DNA of 64,000 nucleotides from a virus: IMG/VR virus record IMGVR_UViG_3300044615_001997. The stretch is one strand, 5' to 3'. Both the position numbers and the translations under genes were made by a program. Below the pieces are notes generated by a model. The model saw only the letters and a program-made list of their open reading frames with translations. It was not told the origin of the DNA and searched no databases. Positions 36,144 through 46,000 of this stretch are shown in pieces (position 1 is the stretch's first letter; the number at the start of each line of letters is the position of its first letter).

Positions 36144-37142
36144 ATGAAATTAGCATCAATAGAAACAATAACAGATCTGATACACCATCCCAATGCCGAT
36201 AAACTAGACATTGTTAAAGTTTTGGGTTGGCAGGCGGTGGTGCAACGTGACGAATTTAAAAAGGGGGACAAGGTGGTGTTTGTTGTGATAGACACTATCC
36301 TACCCAGAGCCCCCTGGTCAGAGTTCTTGGCAGACTCCAAGAAACCTGATGCACCTATAAGACTCAGAACTGCCAAGATAAGAGCATCCTATTCACAAGG
36401 CCTTGTTCTTCCGCTCTCAGTCCTACCTGAAAATATTCAGGGATGGCATGAGGGTGCTGATGTTGGTGGAGCCCTCGGAATTAAAAAATACGAGAAAGAG
36501 ATCCCTGCACAATTGTCGGGTGAAGTACTCGGTGGATTCCCCGGTTATATCTGTGCACAAACCGACGAGGACAACGGGCTCTCCAATCCTGAGTTAGTTG
36601 AGGAGGTGCTGCGTAACAAATGGATCACAGTTACTGAAAAATACGATGGGAGTTCTTGCACCATAATTATCGAAGACAAAAAGATAACACATGTTTGCAG
36701 CCGGAGACTTTCCTTAAAAGAAACAAATGAAAACGCTTTCTGGAGAGTTGCTAGAAAACTTGATTTGAGTAAAATTAACAATGAGCGTTATGTAATCCAG
36801 GGAGAACTAATGGGTCCAGGTGTTCAAGGAAATCAGTTGAAATTGATGGAGCCAGAACTCTATGTTTTTCAAATCAGCCGAAATAATTCATTCGATAGTT
36901 ATTTAAATATGGTTTGGGCATGTCGTAATATGTTTAACTGCAAATATGTTAAGCATATAAGTAATTTCGATACGTCTGCAGGCAAGGTAGACCTAGACTT
37001 CCTACAGGGCCTGGCTGATGCGAGAACATTACCTGACGGTAAACCTGCTGAAGGAATTGTTGTTAGACCTCTAGACTACAGGAGTGCTGGTAACGGTAGA
37101 CCTCTCAGCTTTAAGATAATGAATAGAAACTACGTAGATTAA
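36144..37142 (+). CDS. RNA ligase, DRB0094/Rnl5 family
   Basis: N-terminal OB domain (HPNADKL, GWQ.VV, SQGL), TEKYDGSS, QGELMGPG.QGN, EGIVVR, SFK. Confidence 0.92.
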   Translation: MKLASIETITDLIHHPNADKLDIVKVLGWQAVVQRDEFKKGDKVVFVVIDTILPRAPWSEFLADSKKPDAPIRLRTAKIRASYSQGLVLPLSVLPENIQGWHEGADVGGALGIKKYEKEIPAQLSGEVLGGFPGYICAQTDEDNGLSNPELVEEVLRNKWITVTEKYDGSSCTIIIEDKKITHVCSRRLSLKETNENAFWRVARKLDLSKINNERYVIQGELMGPGVQGNQLKLMEPELYVFQISRNNSFDSYLNMVWACRNMFNCKYVKHISNFDTSAGKVDLDFLQGLADARTLPDGKPAEGIVVRPLDYRSAGNGRPLSFKIMNRNYVD

Positions 37143-37143
37143 T

Positions 37144-37356
37144 ATGACCCGAGAAGAATTACTAGCACATTATAAATTAAAGCTGTCAGACCTCCAGCCT
37201 AAGTATTTATTTATACCTACCGGAGATCATCGTGACTTTGCCATAGCGGTTAAAAACAGGCCCTTCTTTTTCATCCGGTGGATGCAGAGACTGTTTTTTG
37301 GATTTAAATATATGCCTATAGCAAAGGCTAACAAACTTTGGGAAAATAAACCTTAA
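37144..37356 (+). CDS. hypothetical protein
   Basis: 70-aa ORF. Confidence 0.55.
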   Translation: MTREELLAHYKLKLSDLQPKYLFIPTGDHRDFAIAVKNRPFFFIRWMQRLFFGFKYMPIAKANKLWENKP

Positions 37357-37362
37357 TAAAAT

Positions 37363-37809
37363 ATGAATAACGTAAAAATTTATTGGAATAAAAAAGGACA
37401 CACAGTTAGGGCTTGCCCCGCCGACACATTAATTGAAAGTAACTATTGGCCTGATGAAGATTACGGTAACGAAGAAATTGATACCTTGGTCTACATCAAC
37501 CCTATCTTAATTAATTCCGAACGGTTCGAGGCAGATATAACGGTGTCTCCTAAGCGTCAGACCGCTCCAGGGTCTAGGCACATCAAGCATCCCGAGCGTG
37601 GATGGACCTCGGTTCCAGCCAGACTTCCATTATATGTCGTCTATGGTCGCATCGGAAAAGACAACGTTTACAGTCTCCACATAAATCATTATAAGCACGA
37701 TTTCAATACTCTATCTAGCGATCTAGTAAAGCATTGTATTGATGCATTTAGTTTTGGGAGACTACGTTTCACGGAGGTATTTAGAAATGAAAACGCTTGT
37801 TGTACCTGA
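37363..37809 (+). CDS. hypothetical protein
   Basis: 148-aa ORF. Confidence 0.6.
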   Translation: MNNVKIYWNKKGHTVRACPADTLIESNYWPDEDYGNEEIDTLVYINPILINSERFEADITVSPKRQTAPGSRHIKHPERGWTSVPARLPLYVVYGRIGKDNVYSLHINHYKHDFNTLSSDLVKHCIDAFSFGRLRFTEVFRNENACCT

Positions 37810-38572
37810 CATTCATCAAAGAATACATAATGTAGAGAAAGTGTTGGAGAAAGAGGACTATCACGAGGTGGTTTTCTTAGGAGACTGGCTTGATTCCTTC
37901 TACGAACCACCCCAGGTGGCTACATTTGAAGAAACCTGCTACTATCTCAGAAGCCTTATCCTAGATCACCCTAAAAGAGATACGTTCACTTTTCTCGTGG
38001 GTAACCACGACATGAATTATATCTATAATAATAACGGGGAGTCTACTAGAAGACATGTACAGAAAAATGAATATTATTGTTCTGGATATACTCAAAGTAA
38101 ATCTAAAAAGTTTAGACGTGTTTTTTGGGATGAAGGTATGCGTGACCCATTTTTCAATCAGCATTTTAAAATGGCTCATAAAACCCAGGGGTGGCTTCTC
38201 TCACACGCTGGATTTATTCCCGACATCCTACCTTATGGTAAAACTATAGACGAGGTTGTGGATAAAATTTTGCCAGATGTGTGGCTCAATTTCAGAAATA
38301 TGGGATATATGTATAATTATCTAATTTCTGCTGTTGGGCGGGTGAGATATGGAATGCAGCCTTTTGGAGGTGTCCTGTGGTTAGATTGGCGTTTTGAGAT
38401 GGAGCCTTCAGTTGAAATAGGGAATCAGATAGTTGGACATACTACCCTGAAAGAGCCCTATAAAATCACAACACCTAATAAAAAAGTAGCTTGCTGGAAC
38501 CTAGACACCGAGTTACATTATGGTGTAATTGAAAATGAAAAAGTTACTCCTAAATGTTATGCTGACCTATAA
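37787..38572 (+). CDS. calcineurin-like metallophosphoesterase
   Basis: DIH, GDWLD, GNHD, SHAG, GHT; start at MKTLVVPDIH. Confidence 0.88.
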   Translation: MKTLVVPDIHQRIHNVEKVLEKEDYHEVVFLGDWLDSFYEPPQVATFEETCYYLRSLILDHPKRDTFTFLVGNHDMNYIYNNNGESTRRHVQKNEYYCSGYTQSKSKKFRRVFWDEGMRDPFFNQHFKMAHKTQGWLLSHAGFIPDILPYGKTIDEVVDKILPDVWLNFRNMGYMYNYLISAVGRVRYGMQPFGGVLWLDWRFEMEPSVEIGNQIVGHTTLKEPYKITTPNKKVACWNLDTELHYGVIENEKVTPKCYADL

Positions 38573-38822
38573 TTTAATTATGTTGGTAGGCTGCACATCA
38601 AAAGACCTCCAAGTAGCCGGGAACTTGGACTATATGAGAGAAGTAAATTCTCCGCAAGAAACATTAAAAAAAGCCGTTGAGTTAAAGTATCGTCAAAATT
38701 TGCACGAAACTAGAGATAAAAAGTATTTAATATATTTGGGAGGAAAAGTATACGTAGATTACGATGCTTTTAGAAATACCAGTAAGGTAAACACCATGTC
38801 ATCTTTGGGATTGGAGTTTTAA
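38535..38822 (+). CDS. putative lipoprotein
   Basis: MKK + hydrophobic stretch + LVGC lipobox. Confidence 0.55.
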   Translation: MKKLLLNVMLTYNLIMLVGCTSKDLQVAGNLDYMREVNSPQETLKKAVELKYRQNLHETRDKKYLIYLGGKVYVDYDAFRNTSKVNTMSSLGLEF

Positions 38823-39065
38823 ATGACCGAAGAACATTATATTTATTTAACGTCTTTTGTGTTGTTGCTGTCTGTACTTATAAATATTCTTTTATTTATA
38901 AGGCTGGATCTTGCCAATAAATTTATACAATATTCAAGAATATCAATGGCTATTCTTCATCTAGAATTAGAAAAAATAAAATATGAACACGAGTCAACAA
39001 AAAGTAGTGATGGCTCTCAGGAAACACCTTCGACTGAGCCAGAAAATGTTGGATCCTCTGGTTAA
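38823..39065 (+). CDS. single-TM membrane protein
   Basis: N-terminal hydrophobic helix. Confidence 0.6.
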   Translation: MTEEHYIYLTSFVLLLSVLINILLFIRLDLANKFIQYSRISMAILHLELEKIKYEHESTKSSDGSQETPSTEPENVGSSG

Positions 39066-39438
39066 CCAATCACTCAAAGAAAACAATAATATATTTTTTG
39101 ATTTAACTAAATTTGACAAGGACCTACCTGGAGGACTGAAAAATAGAATATTCTTTGTATCTCCAGAAAAGGAAACCAGACTAGGCTATCTATGGAACTA
39201 TGGTAAGTTTGAAAAAACTGGTATATACTCCAGTTATATCGACGCTAGTTATAACTTCGGAACAGACCTGATTTTTTGCTTTGTGGCTATAGACCCTTTT
39301 GTAATTTACGAATCAGAAAGTTATTCAGGTATCGGTGGGATATTCTGTAAACGTGAAAGTGACGTATATATGGGGTTTGTTATCGAACCTCTTAAAAACT
39401 ACCTAGGGTCGATATTTCCTGTTTATTGGGAAAATTAG
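38983..39438 (+). CDS. hypothetical protein
   Basis: ORF track; start uncertain. Confidence 0.55.
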   Translation: MNTSQQKVVMALRKHLRLSQKMLDPLVNQSLKENNNIFFDLTKFDKDLPGGLKNRIFFVSPEKETRLGYLWNYGKFEKTGIYSSYIDASYNFGTDLIFCFVAIDPFVIYESESYSGIGGIFCKRESDVYMGFVIEPLKNYLGSIFPVYWEN

Positions 39439-39469
39439 CTACCCCCCTAGCAAACACACAAGTTGTTGT

Positions 39470-39478
39470 TGGTATAAT
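39470..39478 (+). promoter_or_regulatory. extended -10 sigma70-type promoter
   Basis: TGGTATAAT in an intergenic gap, about 100 nt before ATG 39576. Confidence 0.6.
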
Positions 39479-39575
39479 AAAATGACATAGAGTTATGTCG
39501 TGCTCTTTATTTTTACTATTGGTAGTACGGATAAAGTAGTATCGTTTGGTTAATCCTTAAAAACAAATAAAATAA

Positions 39576-40445
39576 ATGCACATACCCATAGAAGTTGAGC
39601 AAGCTGTTTTAGCTGCTGAAAAACAACAAGATAAAAAATTGTCGGTATCTACATCTGAAGTGGTGGAAGTTTTACATGATGCTCCCGCTACAAAAGACAA
39701 GATTGTTAAAAACCTGGTAGAGAAAAAGACAGACGAGCTGGTTCAAAGCTTTGTAAACCGCCTCATGTTGGACTATCCCCGGGATAACGCTGCAGAAACA
39801 ACTAAACCCAATAAACCCCAGAAAGAGTCCCCAACTTCTTTTAATTTGGTTGAGTTGTTGCGCAACACACAAACCCACATAGATGGTTTAGAAAATGCTT
39901 TTGCTAAAAAAACAGCTATGAAGCATTTAATGAACCCCTTTATGCTGCGTCCTGGTGCATACATAGCAAAGATTATAGACTTGGCTAACGCCAAATTTGA
40001 ACAAGTTAACAGCTTGGAATCTTTAGAAGAGCTGTTTAATTCTATCAATCATGCTGAGATACGCGTAGAAAATTTCTATTACGGAACAGATAAAAAATAT
40101 GTAAAATTACTAAAAGTTCCGGTTCCTTCAAATTATGTTGTTTCTGTAAGCAGCATTAAATTGAAAGATATTCCACGTCAGTATTTTCACGACAAGAAAA
40201 TTACTCTCAGTATAAAGCAAACCAAAAAAGCTTTTTTACCAAATCGGCTTGATTTAGAGATTTGTTGCGAAGAAGCAAAACCAATTTTATCTATTCAGCC
40301 AGGCATGGAAGAATATCAGATCATGTCGATAAAAATAGATAAAAAAACAAACACCATTTTAAGCTGGATGCCTGGGGCACACCCAAAGCATTTCAACCAC
40401 AGCTTTCTTCAAGAACATACGTGTGTTCTTGGTAAATGGGCATAA
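39576..40445 (+). CDS. hypothetical protein
   Basis: 289-aa ORF. Confidence 0.7.
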   Translation: MHIPIEVEQAVLAAEKQQDKKLSVSTSEVVEVLHDAPATKDKIVKNLVEKKTDELVQSFVNRLMLDYPRDNAAETTKPNKPQKESPTSFNLVELLRNTQTHIDGLENAFAKKTAMKHLMNPFMLRPGAYIAKIIDLANAKFEQVNSLESLEELFNSINHAEIRVENFYYGTDKKYVKLLKVPVPSNYVVSVSSIKLKDIPRQYFHDKKITLSIKQTKKAFLPNRLDLEICCEEAKPILSIQPGMEEYQIMSIKIDKKTNTILSWMPGAHPKHFNHSFLQEHTCVLGKWA

Positions 40446-40451
40446 CTCTAA

Positions 40452-40479
40452 AGGAGGGGAGAGGAAACTCTCCCCTCCT
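40452..40479 (+). terminator. stem-loop
   Basis: 12-bp stem AGGAGGGGAGAG/CTCTCCCCTCCT with GAAA loop. Confidence 0.6.
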
Positions 40480-40486
40480 CTACTAC

Positions 40487-40771
40487 ATGAAAGAAAAAAT
40501 AACTCAAACTTTATTCATCATTATATTTATTGGTAGCGTTTTTCAAGGAATCACAACTGATTCTCTTTATCTGTTAAGTTTTAGTTTATTTACTGCGGGC
40601 TGTAGTGGAGCCATTTTAGCAGGAGCGTTATTAAAATATTTCTCTCAACATGAGAGAGATATGAGAGACATGAAGAGAGAACGTAAGCTTATATCAAAGC
40701 AAAAATCGACAAAATCTAAAACAATCAAATCGAGTAAAATAGGTGTTAAAAATTTCGCCGCCCGTAAATGA
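40487..40771 (+). CDS. two-TM membrane protein with basic tail
   Basis: start MKEKITQ after the hairpin; two hydrophobic helices. Confidence 0.6.
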   Translation: MKEKITQTLFIIIFIGSVFQGITTDSLYLLSFSLFTAGCSGAILAGALLKYFSQHERDMRDMKRERKLISKQKSTKSKTIKSSKIGVKNFAARK

Positions 40772-41165
40772 AAATAATATAGATATATTTAAAAAGAATT
40801 TAATATCGGCACCATCAGTATTTTCTTTTGAGGGAATCAGTGATTTTATTAAATTCAATTTTTCAAGAGTAGATAAAAGCCATGACGAGTTTATTTTAAC
40901 TCCATTTAATTTAACAAAAAAAATTAAATTAAAGTTACATAAGCTATGCTTAAAACTTAATTGGCTAGATGACGAAACAATAATTAACAACTTAAAGTTG
41001 CCCGATGTAGATACAATAAAACATGCGCCTTTCAATTACAAATATGTGTTTGATTACGTTTCCACCCACAAAACATTCAGCTATAATCATGACCTTTGTG
41101 TGGCTGAAAAGCTTTTGACTGCCCCAGTCAATCAGAAAAAATTTAAATTGTTTTATTCGATTTAA
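40743..41165 (+). CDS. hypothetical protein
   Basis: ORF track; start uncertain. Confidence 0.5.
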   Translation: MLKISPPVNENNIDIFKKNLISAPSVFSFEGISDFIKFNFSRVDKSHDEFILTPFNLTKKIKLKLHKLCLKLNWLDDETIINNLKLPDVDTIKHAPFNYKYVFDYVSTHKTFSYNHDLCVAEKLLTAPVNQKKFKLFYSI

Positions 41166-41166
41166 T

Positions 41167-41202
41167 AAAAAAGGAAGACCTTAACCGGTTTTCCTTTTTT
41201 TT
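41167..41202 (+). terminator. intrinsic terminator, possibly bidirectional
   Basis: A6-GGAAGACC..GGTTTTCC-T8. Confidence 0.75.
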
Positions 41203-41236
41203 AGCTATTAGATGTGCTATATTATTAACAATTCGT

Positions 41237-41524
41237 ATGCAACGTGGTGACGGTTTTAAATTGCCTAAACATTTCCTCAACCAGTTGGGGGAGTTTACTC
41301 GTGGTTATTATCTTGCTGTGGTTAATGAACGTGGAGAAATAGAGTCTTTTGAGAGTTATGATAATCCTACAATACGTTTAGCAATTATCAATTTTGTAGA
41401 CGCTCAAACTGACGCAATGCAAGACCATTTGCGAAACCAGGCACTTAAATTAGAGGAACAAGCTGAGCGGCCTATTGAGGAAGAAGATGACGACGAAGAC
41501 GAAGATAATTGGCAAAAGTCTTAA
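41237..41524 (+). CDS. small protein with acidic tail
   Basis: 95 aa; TGCTATATT extended -10-like site at 41215-41223. Confidence 0.7.
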   Translation: MQRGDGFKLPKHFLNQLGEFTRGYYLAVVNERGEIESFESYDNPTIRLAIINFVDAQTDAMQDHLRNQALKLEEQAERPIEEEDDDEDEDNWQKS

Positions 41525-42024
41525 AGTTTAGCTGCTTGAAAATGCATCCAATCATAATTTTTAAGTCTTCCTAAACTGATCCAACCCTCAGCTTCCACGA
41601 TTTTCCAAAAGTCTTGGTATTCTTTTTTAGCAAAAGTGGCGCGATCTCGTCCCCATTTTAATTGATTATCATTAGGATCAAGATCCACAGCGGCTCCCCA
41701 AGAATGTATAGACCAAGATGAGCCTCCACGCATTTTACGGACGTTTAAACAACCTCCAAAAAGGTCTAATCTCAATTTTTTTATATTCTCCAAACCATAA
41801 GTTTTTAAAGTTTTTTCAAAGATATTATGGAGAGATTCCGCACATTTTTTATTACAGGTAATTTTTTTAACTACAGTGTCAGTATCCCACGCTAAAACCA
41901 TTGGATAAGGCAAAACTAGCTGTGTTTGATTTTCACCAGGACCACCATAGAAAGCCGTCATAGAAGCATATCCTTGTTTAGGCCAAACGTTATTACTTTT
42001 AATAGGTTTCATGGTCTCGATCAA
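41521..42024 (-). CDS. endolysin, M15-family zinc peptidase
   Basis: R.MRGG, SIHSWGAAVD, DWMHFQ. Confidence 0.88.
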   Translation of the reverse strand: MIETMKPIKSNNVWPKQGYASMTAFYGGPGENQTQLVLPYPMVLAWDTDTVVKKITCNKKCAESLHNIFEKTLKTYGLENIKKLRLDLFGGCLNVRKMRGGSSWSIHSWGAAVDLDPNDNQLKWGRDRATFAKKEYQDFWKIVEAEGWISLGRLKNYDWMHFQAAKL

Positions 42025-42493
42025 AGCTTTCCACCCATTCTAGCGGAGCATAAGATTTATCGTTTTTATAAACTTGCTCGTATTTAGTGGTAGCTTCCGC
42101 TATTCTTTTTTCTTCATATATGGTTTTATCTGTGTGTGATGAAATGCTGCTGTTAGATGAACTACCATACTTCAAGTCGACTACAGCCTGAAAACCTACA
42201 TAGGCCGCTATAACAACAGCCAAAACTTCTATAGTTTTAGAAAAAATGGTGACGTAACCTGTTGTTATCTCTGCATTTTCCGGTAAGAAAAAAAGTATCA
42301 ACACACTGAAGGCATAAAAAAGAGCTATTATCAAAATAGCGGACATTGTTATAAAAAATTTTCTGGAACGAAAATGATTTTTATATTCCATCTCGTATAT
42401 GTACTCTGCGGGAGTATTAGTTGGAGCTGTACCAGGACCACTTTTTAAAAACTTAGCGGCGTTAGTAAAAACATCTTTTATAGCTGAAATCAT
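41999..42493 (-). CDS. holin-like two-TM protein
   Basis: SRKF followed by two TM helices; directly upstream of endolysin. Confidence 0.6.
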   Translation of the reverse strand: MISAIKDVFTNAAKFLKSGPGTAPTNTPAEYIYEMEYKNHFRSRKFFITMSAILIIALFYAFSVLILFFLPENAEITTGYVTIFSKTIEVLAVVIAAYVGFQAVVDLKYGSSSNSSISSHTDKTIYEEKRIAEATTKYEQVYKNDKSYAPLEWVESFDRDHETY

Positions 42494-43011
42494 GGTTGTT
42501 CTGGTTTAGAATATTTTTTCTCATACATTTGCTCTAAATCAGCACTATGTAAAATTTTTATATTGTCATCTATGCCTTTTAATTTAACAAATACTTCTTG
42601 GACTTGTTGAGCTATCTGTACTTGTCCTGAATGTTCTTTAGAGAAGAACCAAATAATCCCGCCGAGCTGAAATATAAAGGCAAAAACACCACTCAGCAGA
42701 AATTTGCCAATCATAGATTTTAATTCTTTATAATTATGGGCGGTTTCACGTAAAAAAAGAAAATCTTCTTTTATTTTATTTACTGTTCCGGAAAGCTCAT
42801 TTATAGCTGCCCTTAAACCATTCTTACCATCAACACCTATAGCTATATGGAGGGTGTCGCGAGCCATATCTCGAGTATCTCTCAATTCAATCTCTAGAGT
42901 TTTAATTTTAACTCTAAGTTCTTCAATATGTACATTTTGTACATTTTCTTCACTATGAGAACCCTTGGAAATAATCATTGTTTCACTCCTGGTAGCTTCT
43001 ATTTGTTCCAT
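42490..43011 (-). CDS. coiled-coil membrane protein of lysis cassette
   Basis: G.DGKNGL coiled coil plus one TM helix. Confidence 0.6.
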   Translation of the reverse strand: MEQIEATRSETMIISKGSHSEENVQNVHIEELRVKIKTLEIELRDTRDMARDTLHIAIGVDGKNGLRAAINELSGTVNKIKEDFLFLRETAHNYKELKSMIGKFLLSGVFAFIFQLGGIIWFFSKEHSGQVQIAQQVQEVFVKLKGIDDNIKILHSADLEQMYEKKYSKPEQP

Positions 43012-43017
43012 CTATAA

Positions 43018-43046
43018 ATAATATAAAAAATAGAACAAAAAGTCAA
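43018..43046 (-). promoter_or_regulatory. sigma70-type promoter, leaderless geometry
   Basis: TTGACT-N17-TATTAT-N6-ATG(43011). Confidence 0.65.
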
Positions 43047-43053
43047 TTTAACC

Positions 43054-46000
43054 TCAATTAACTTTTATATTTATAAACGCCGAAGCATCGAAACGATTGT
43101 TTTCACAATAAACACAAACTCTGTATGTTCCTGGGGCAGAAATTGTTCCTGAAATTTTTCCTGTGGTGGCATCAATACTTAGCCCAGCTGGAATGTTTAA
43201 TATATACCACCCGGTAGGTACACCGACATAGGTGGGAGTAAACTCAAAAGGAGTACCAGCAGCGACTATTACAGTTTGTTCAGGATTAATTTTAAGTAAA
43301 CTTGTAATGGCTGCCACAATTATCTTTATTTTTTCACTACTAGCGCCATAACTGTTTTCAACTTTTATCTCACAATCTACCCCACCAGCAGAGGTAGCTT
43401 GCGTAGGTGTTCCGCTTATTGTGCCTCTTAAAGTATTTAAAGTTAGCCCTTGAGGCAGTGGAGTCAACGCTGCCCATTGTGTGGGAGGAGTTCCTCCAGC
43501 AGATGAAAAAGCTATACTGTATGTTATAAAATTAGCTGTTGATAAATTTATAACTTGATTGGGGGTGATAACGGGTACTTTAGACAATATATTAATTTTT
43601 ATACTAGCGCTTCCAGAAATACCGCTTACGCCCGTAGCAGTAACTACGCCTGTATATTCTCCCGCTATTCCAGGAGTTCCTGAGATTACGCCGGTATTAG
43701 ATATAGTTAATTGAAGAGAGGTAGGAAGATTTGTTAATTGCCATGAAATTGGATTTCCTTGTGTACGTACTGTAGCTGTAAACGGATCTAAAGCATAGCC
43801 ATTAAAGCTTTGTCCGGGGCTTACAACTATAGCTGGCTCATCTACCGCTACAGTGATATTTTCTTCGTCACTTCCGTCTTGATTCCCTGCAAAAATACGA
43901 ATGGTTCTACTACCGCTATATACTGTAGGAGTACCAGATAGCGCACCAGTAGAACCATTTAATATTAAGCCTGCAGGTAATTCACCAGACACTATCCTCC
44001 ACTCCGTCACATTTCCAGAAAATGTTATATTTCTAGAAAATGGTGAATTTAATGTAGCTCTGAATATTTGTCCTTGCGCAATATTAGGAGCATTAACACT
44101 TTCTGTAATTTGAAAATTAATTGTTGCAGGTGCGCTATCGCCAGCAGAATTTGAGGCTATTAATTGTGCAGATGTATTTCCTGCGGTTGTTGGAATCCCA
44201 GACAAGTAACCATTTCGTCCGTCTAGCGTTATCCCGGGATGTAGTAAGGTTTGTGCTGTGGCTAATCTCCAATTTATAGGTGTACCGCCGCTATTTAAAA
44301 ATCCTATAGTGTAATTGAAATTAACTCCCTTTCTTCCGATAAATGTTTGATTTGGTGTTATAACCGGAATCAAGGTTGAGCTGGCTACGATAATAGTTAT
44401 TTCAGCAGTATCACTACCTGACTCATTTTCTACTCTAATTATTGTTGTGAATGTTCCTGTGGCTGAGGGAATTCCAGATATGGTTCCTACTATCGCACTT
44501 AGCGAAGTCCCAGAAGGTAGAGAATTGTTCGGAATATTATCAACTAACCAATTTGTGATAGTACCTGTGGCTTCGAGTTGAAAGCTAAAGTGAGCTCCTC
44601 TGAACGCATTTATAGTTTGATTATTTATAACAGGCGGAATAACGGAAGACACAACATTTATGGCTAAAGTTGTAGTAGCACTTCCGGCAGAATTACTAGC
44701 TGTAACTGTAACAGTTTTATTTTCTACTGCAGAAGGTCTTCCGGAAATTGTTCCTGAGTTAAAATTAACAGACAGTCCTTGCGGTAAATTAGAGGCTGCC
44801 CACGCTGTAGCTATTCCTCCAGAATTTACAAAGTTATAAGGAGTCATGTTGACGTTTCTAATCAATTGTATCGGGCTGAGATTTTGTTCTAATACTGGTA
44901 ATTGCGTGGTTGGTGAAGTCACTGTGATGGAAACAGTTTCAGTATCTGTACCTGCCGAATTTCTTGCAGTTATTATAGCATTAAATACTCCTGCTGTTAG
45001 AGGTCTTCCTTGAAGTCTGCCTGTATTTCCGTCCATACTAACACCGCTTGGCAAATCTTGACTTGTTAGTGTAACCCCAGACCCAGTAAAAAGTATTGTT
45101 GCATTTGTTGTGATAGTTGTATTTAGTGTGAATGTAAAAGTTTGACCGGCCGTTATTTGTGGAATTGTGACAGGTTGAGTTATTATAAACTCCACAGCTC
45201 CGGTGCTACTACCTGCACTATTGGAAGCTGTTATATTACTTGATGTGGTTGTGGCGGCAGCATTTAAAGTTCCTGATATTTGACCTGTGGTTGTAGCGAT
45301 AGCTAATCCTTGAGGTAACCCCGTAGCTGTCCAGCTTGTAGCCGTTCCACCAGTTGTTTGGACGAAGAGGTTGCTTACTTGCTGCCCTGTCACTAAATTA
45401 AACTTTTGTCCTGAGGGTATTTCGGGTTTTATAACTCCCTGAGTAATCGTTATTGTGACATTGACTGTAGGGGAGCGCCCCTTACTGCTTTCGGCAAATA
45501 TACCGACAATAAAAGTACCTGCAGTTGTTGGTTTTCCTGTAAATCTACCTATAGATAACGAAAAAGTTAATCCTGGGGGTAGCTGTGTGGGTATAGGTAA
45601 ACCCCAAGTGATAGGTGTGCCTCCTGTAAAAGCTACCGTAAACTCAGCATCATTAGATGCAGTTCCTGTAAATGTTTGATTAGGTGTTATTACAGGTATT
45701 TCCGCCGATACAACTAAAGCCACGAATGCGCTAGAAGTATTTCCAAAGTTAGTTAAAGTTACTCTTATGTTATAATTACCTGCAGGAGGTGTGGTTCCTG
45801 ACAGTCTTGCTGGATTAAAAAATAGTTGTACTCCGGCTGGAGCAAACTCCAAAGTACCGCCGGTAGGTGTTCCACCGGTGGTGGCGATATTTCTACCAAA
45901 ACTACCGGTCCCCTCCGTTAAATCAAAAATTTGGTTAGGTGTTATTGTTATTGGCTCATCTTTAATTATAAATTTAACTGGCACATTTCCAGTAGAGCCA

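Noticed and set aside
40436-40486. N-terminal extension of ORF 40436-40771
   Set aside because: It spans a GC-rich hairpin; ATG 40487 is the more plausible start.
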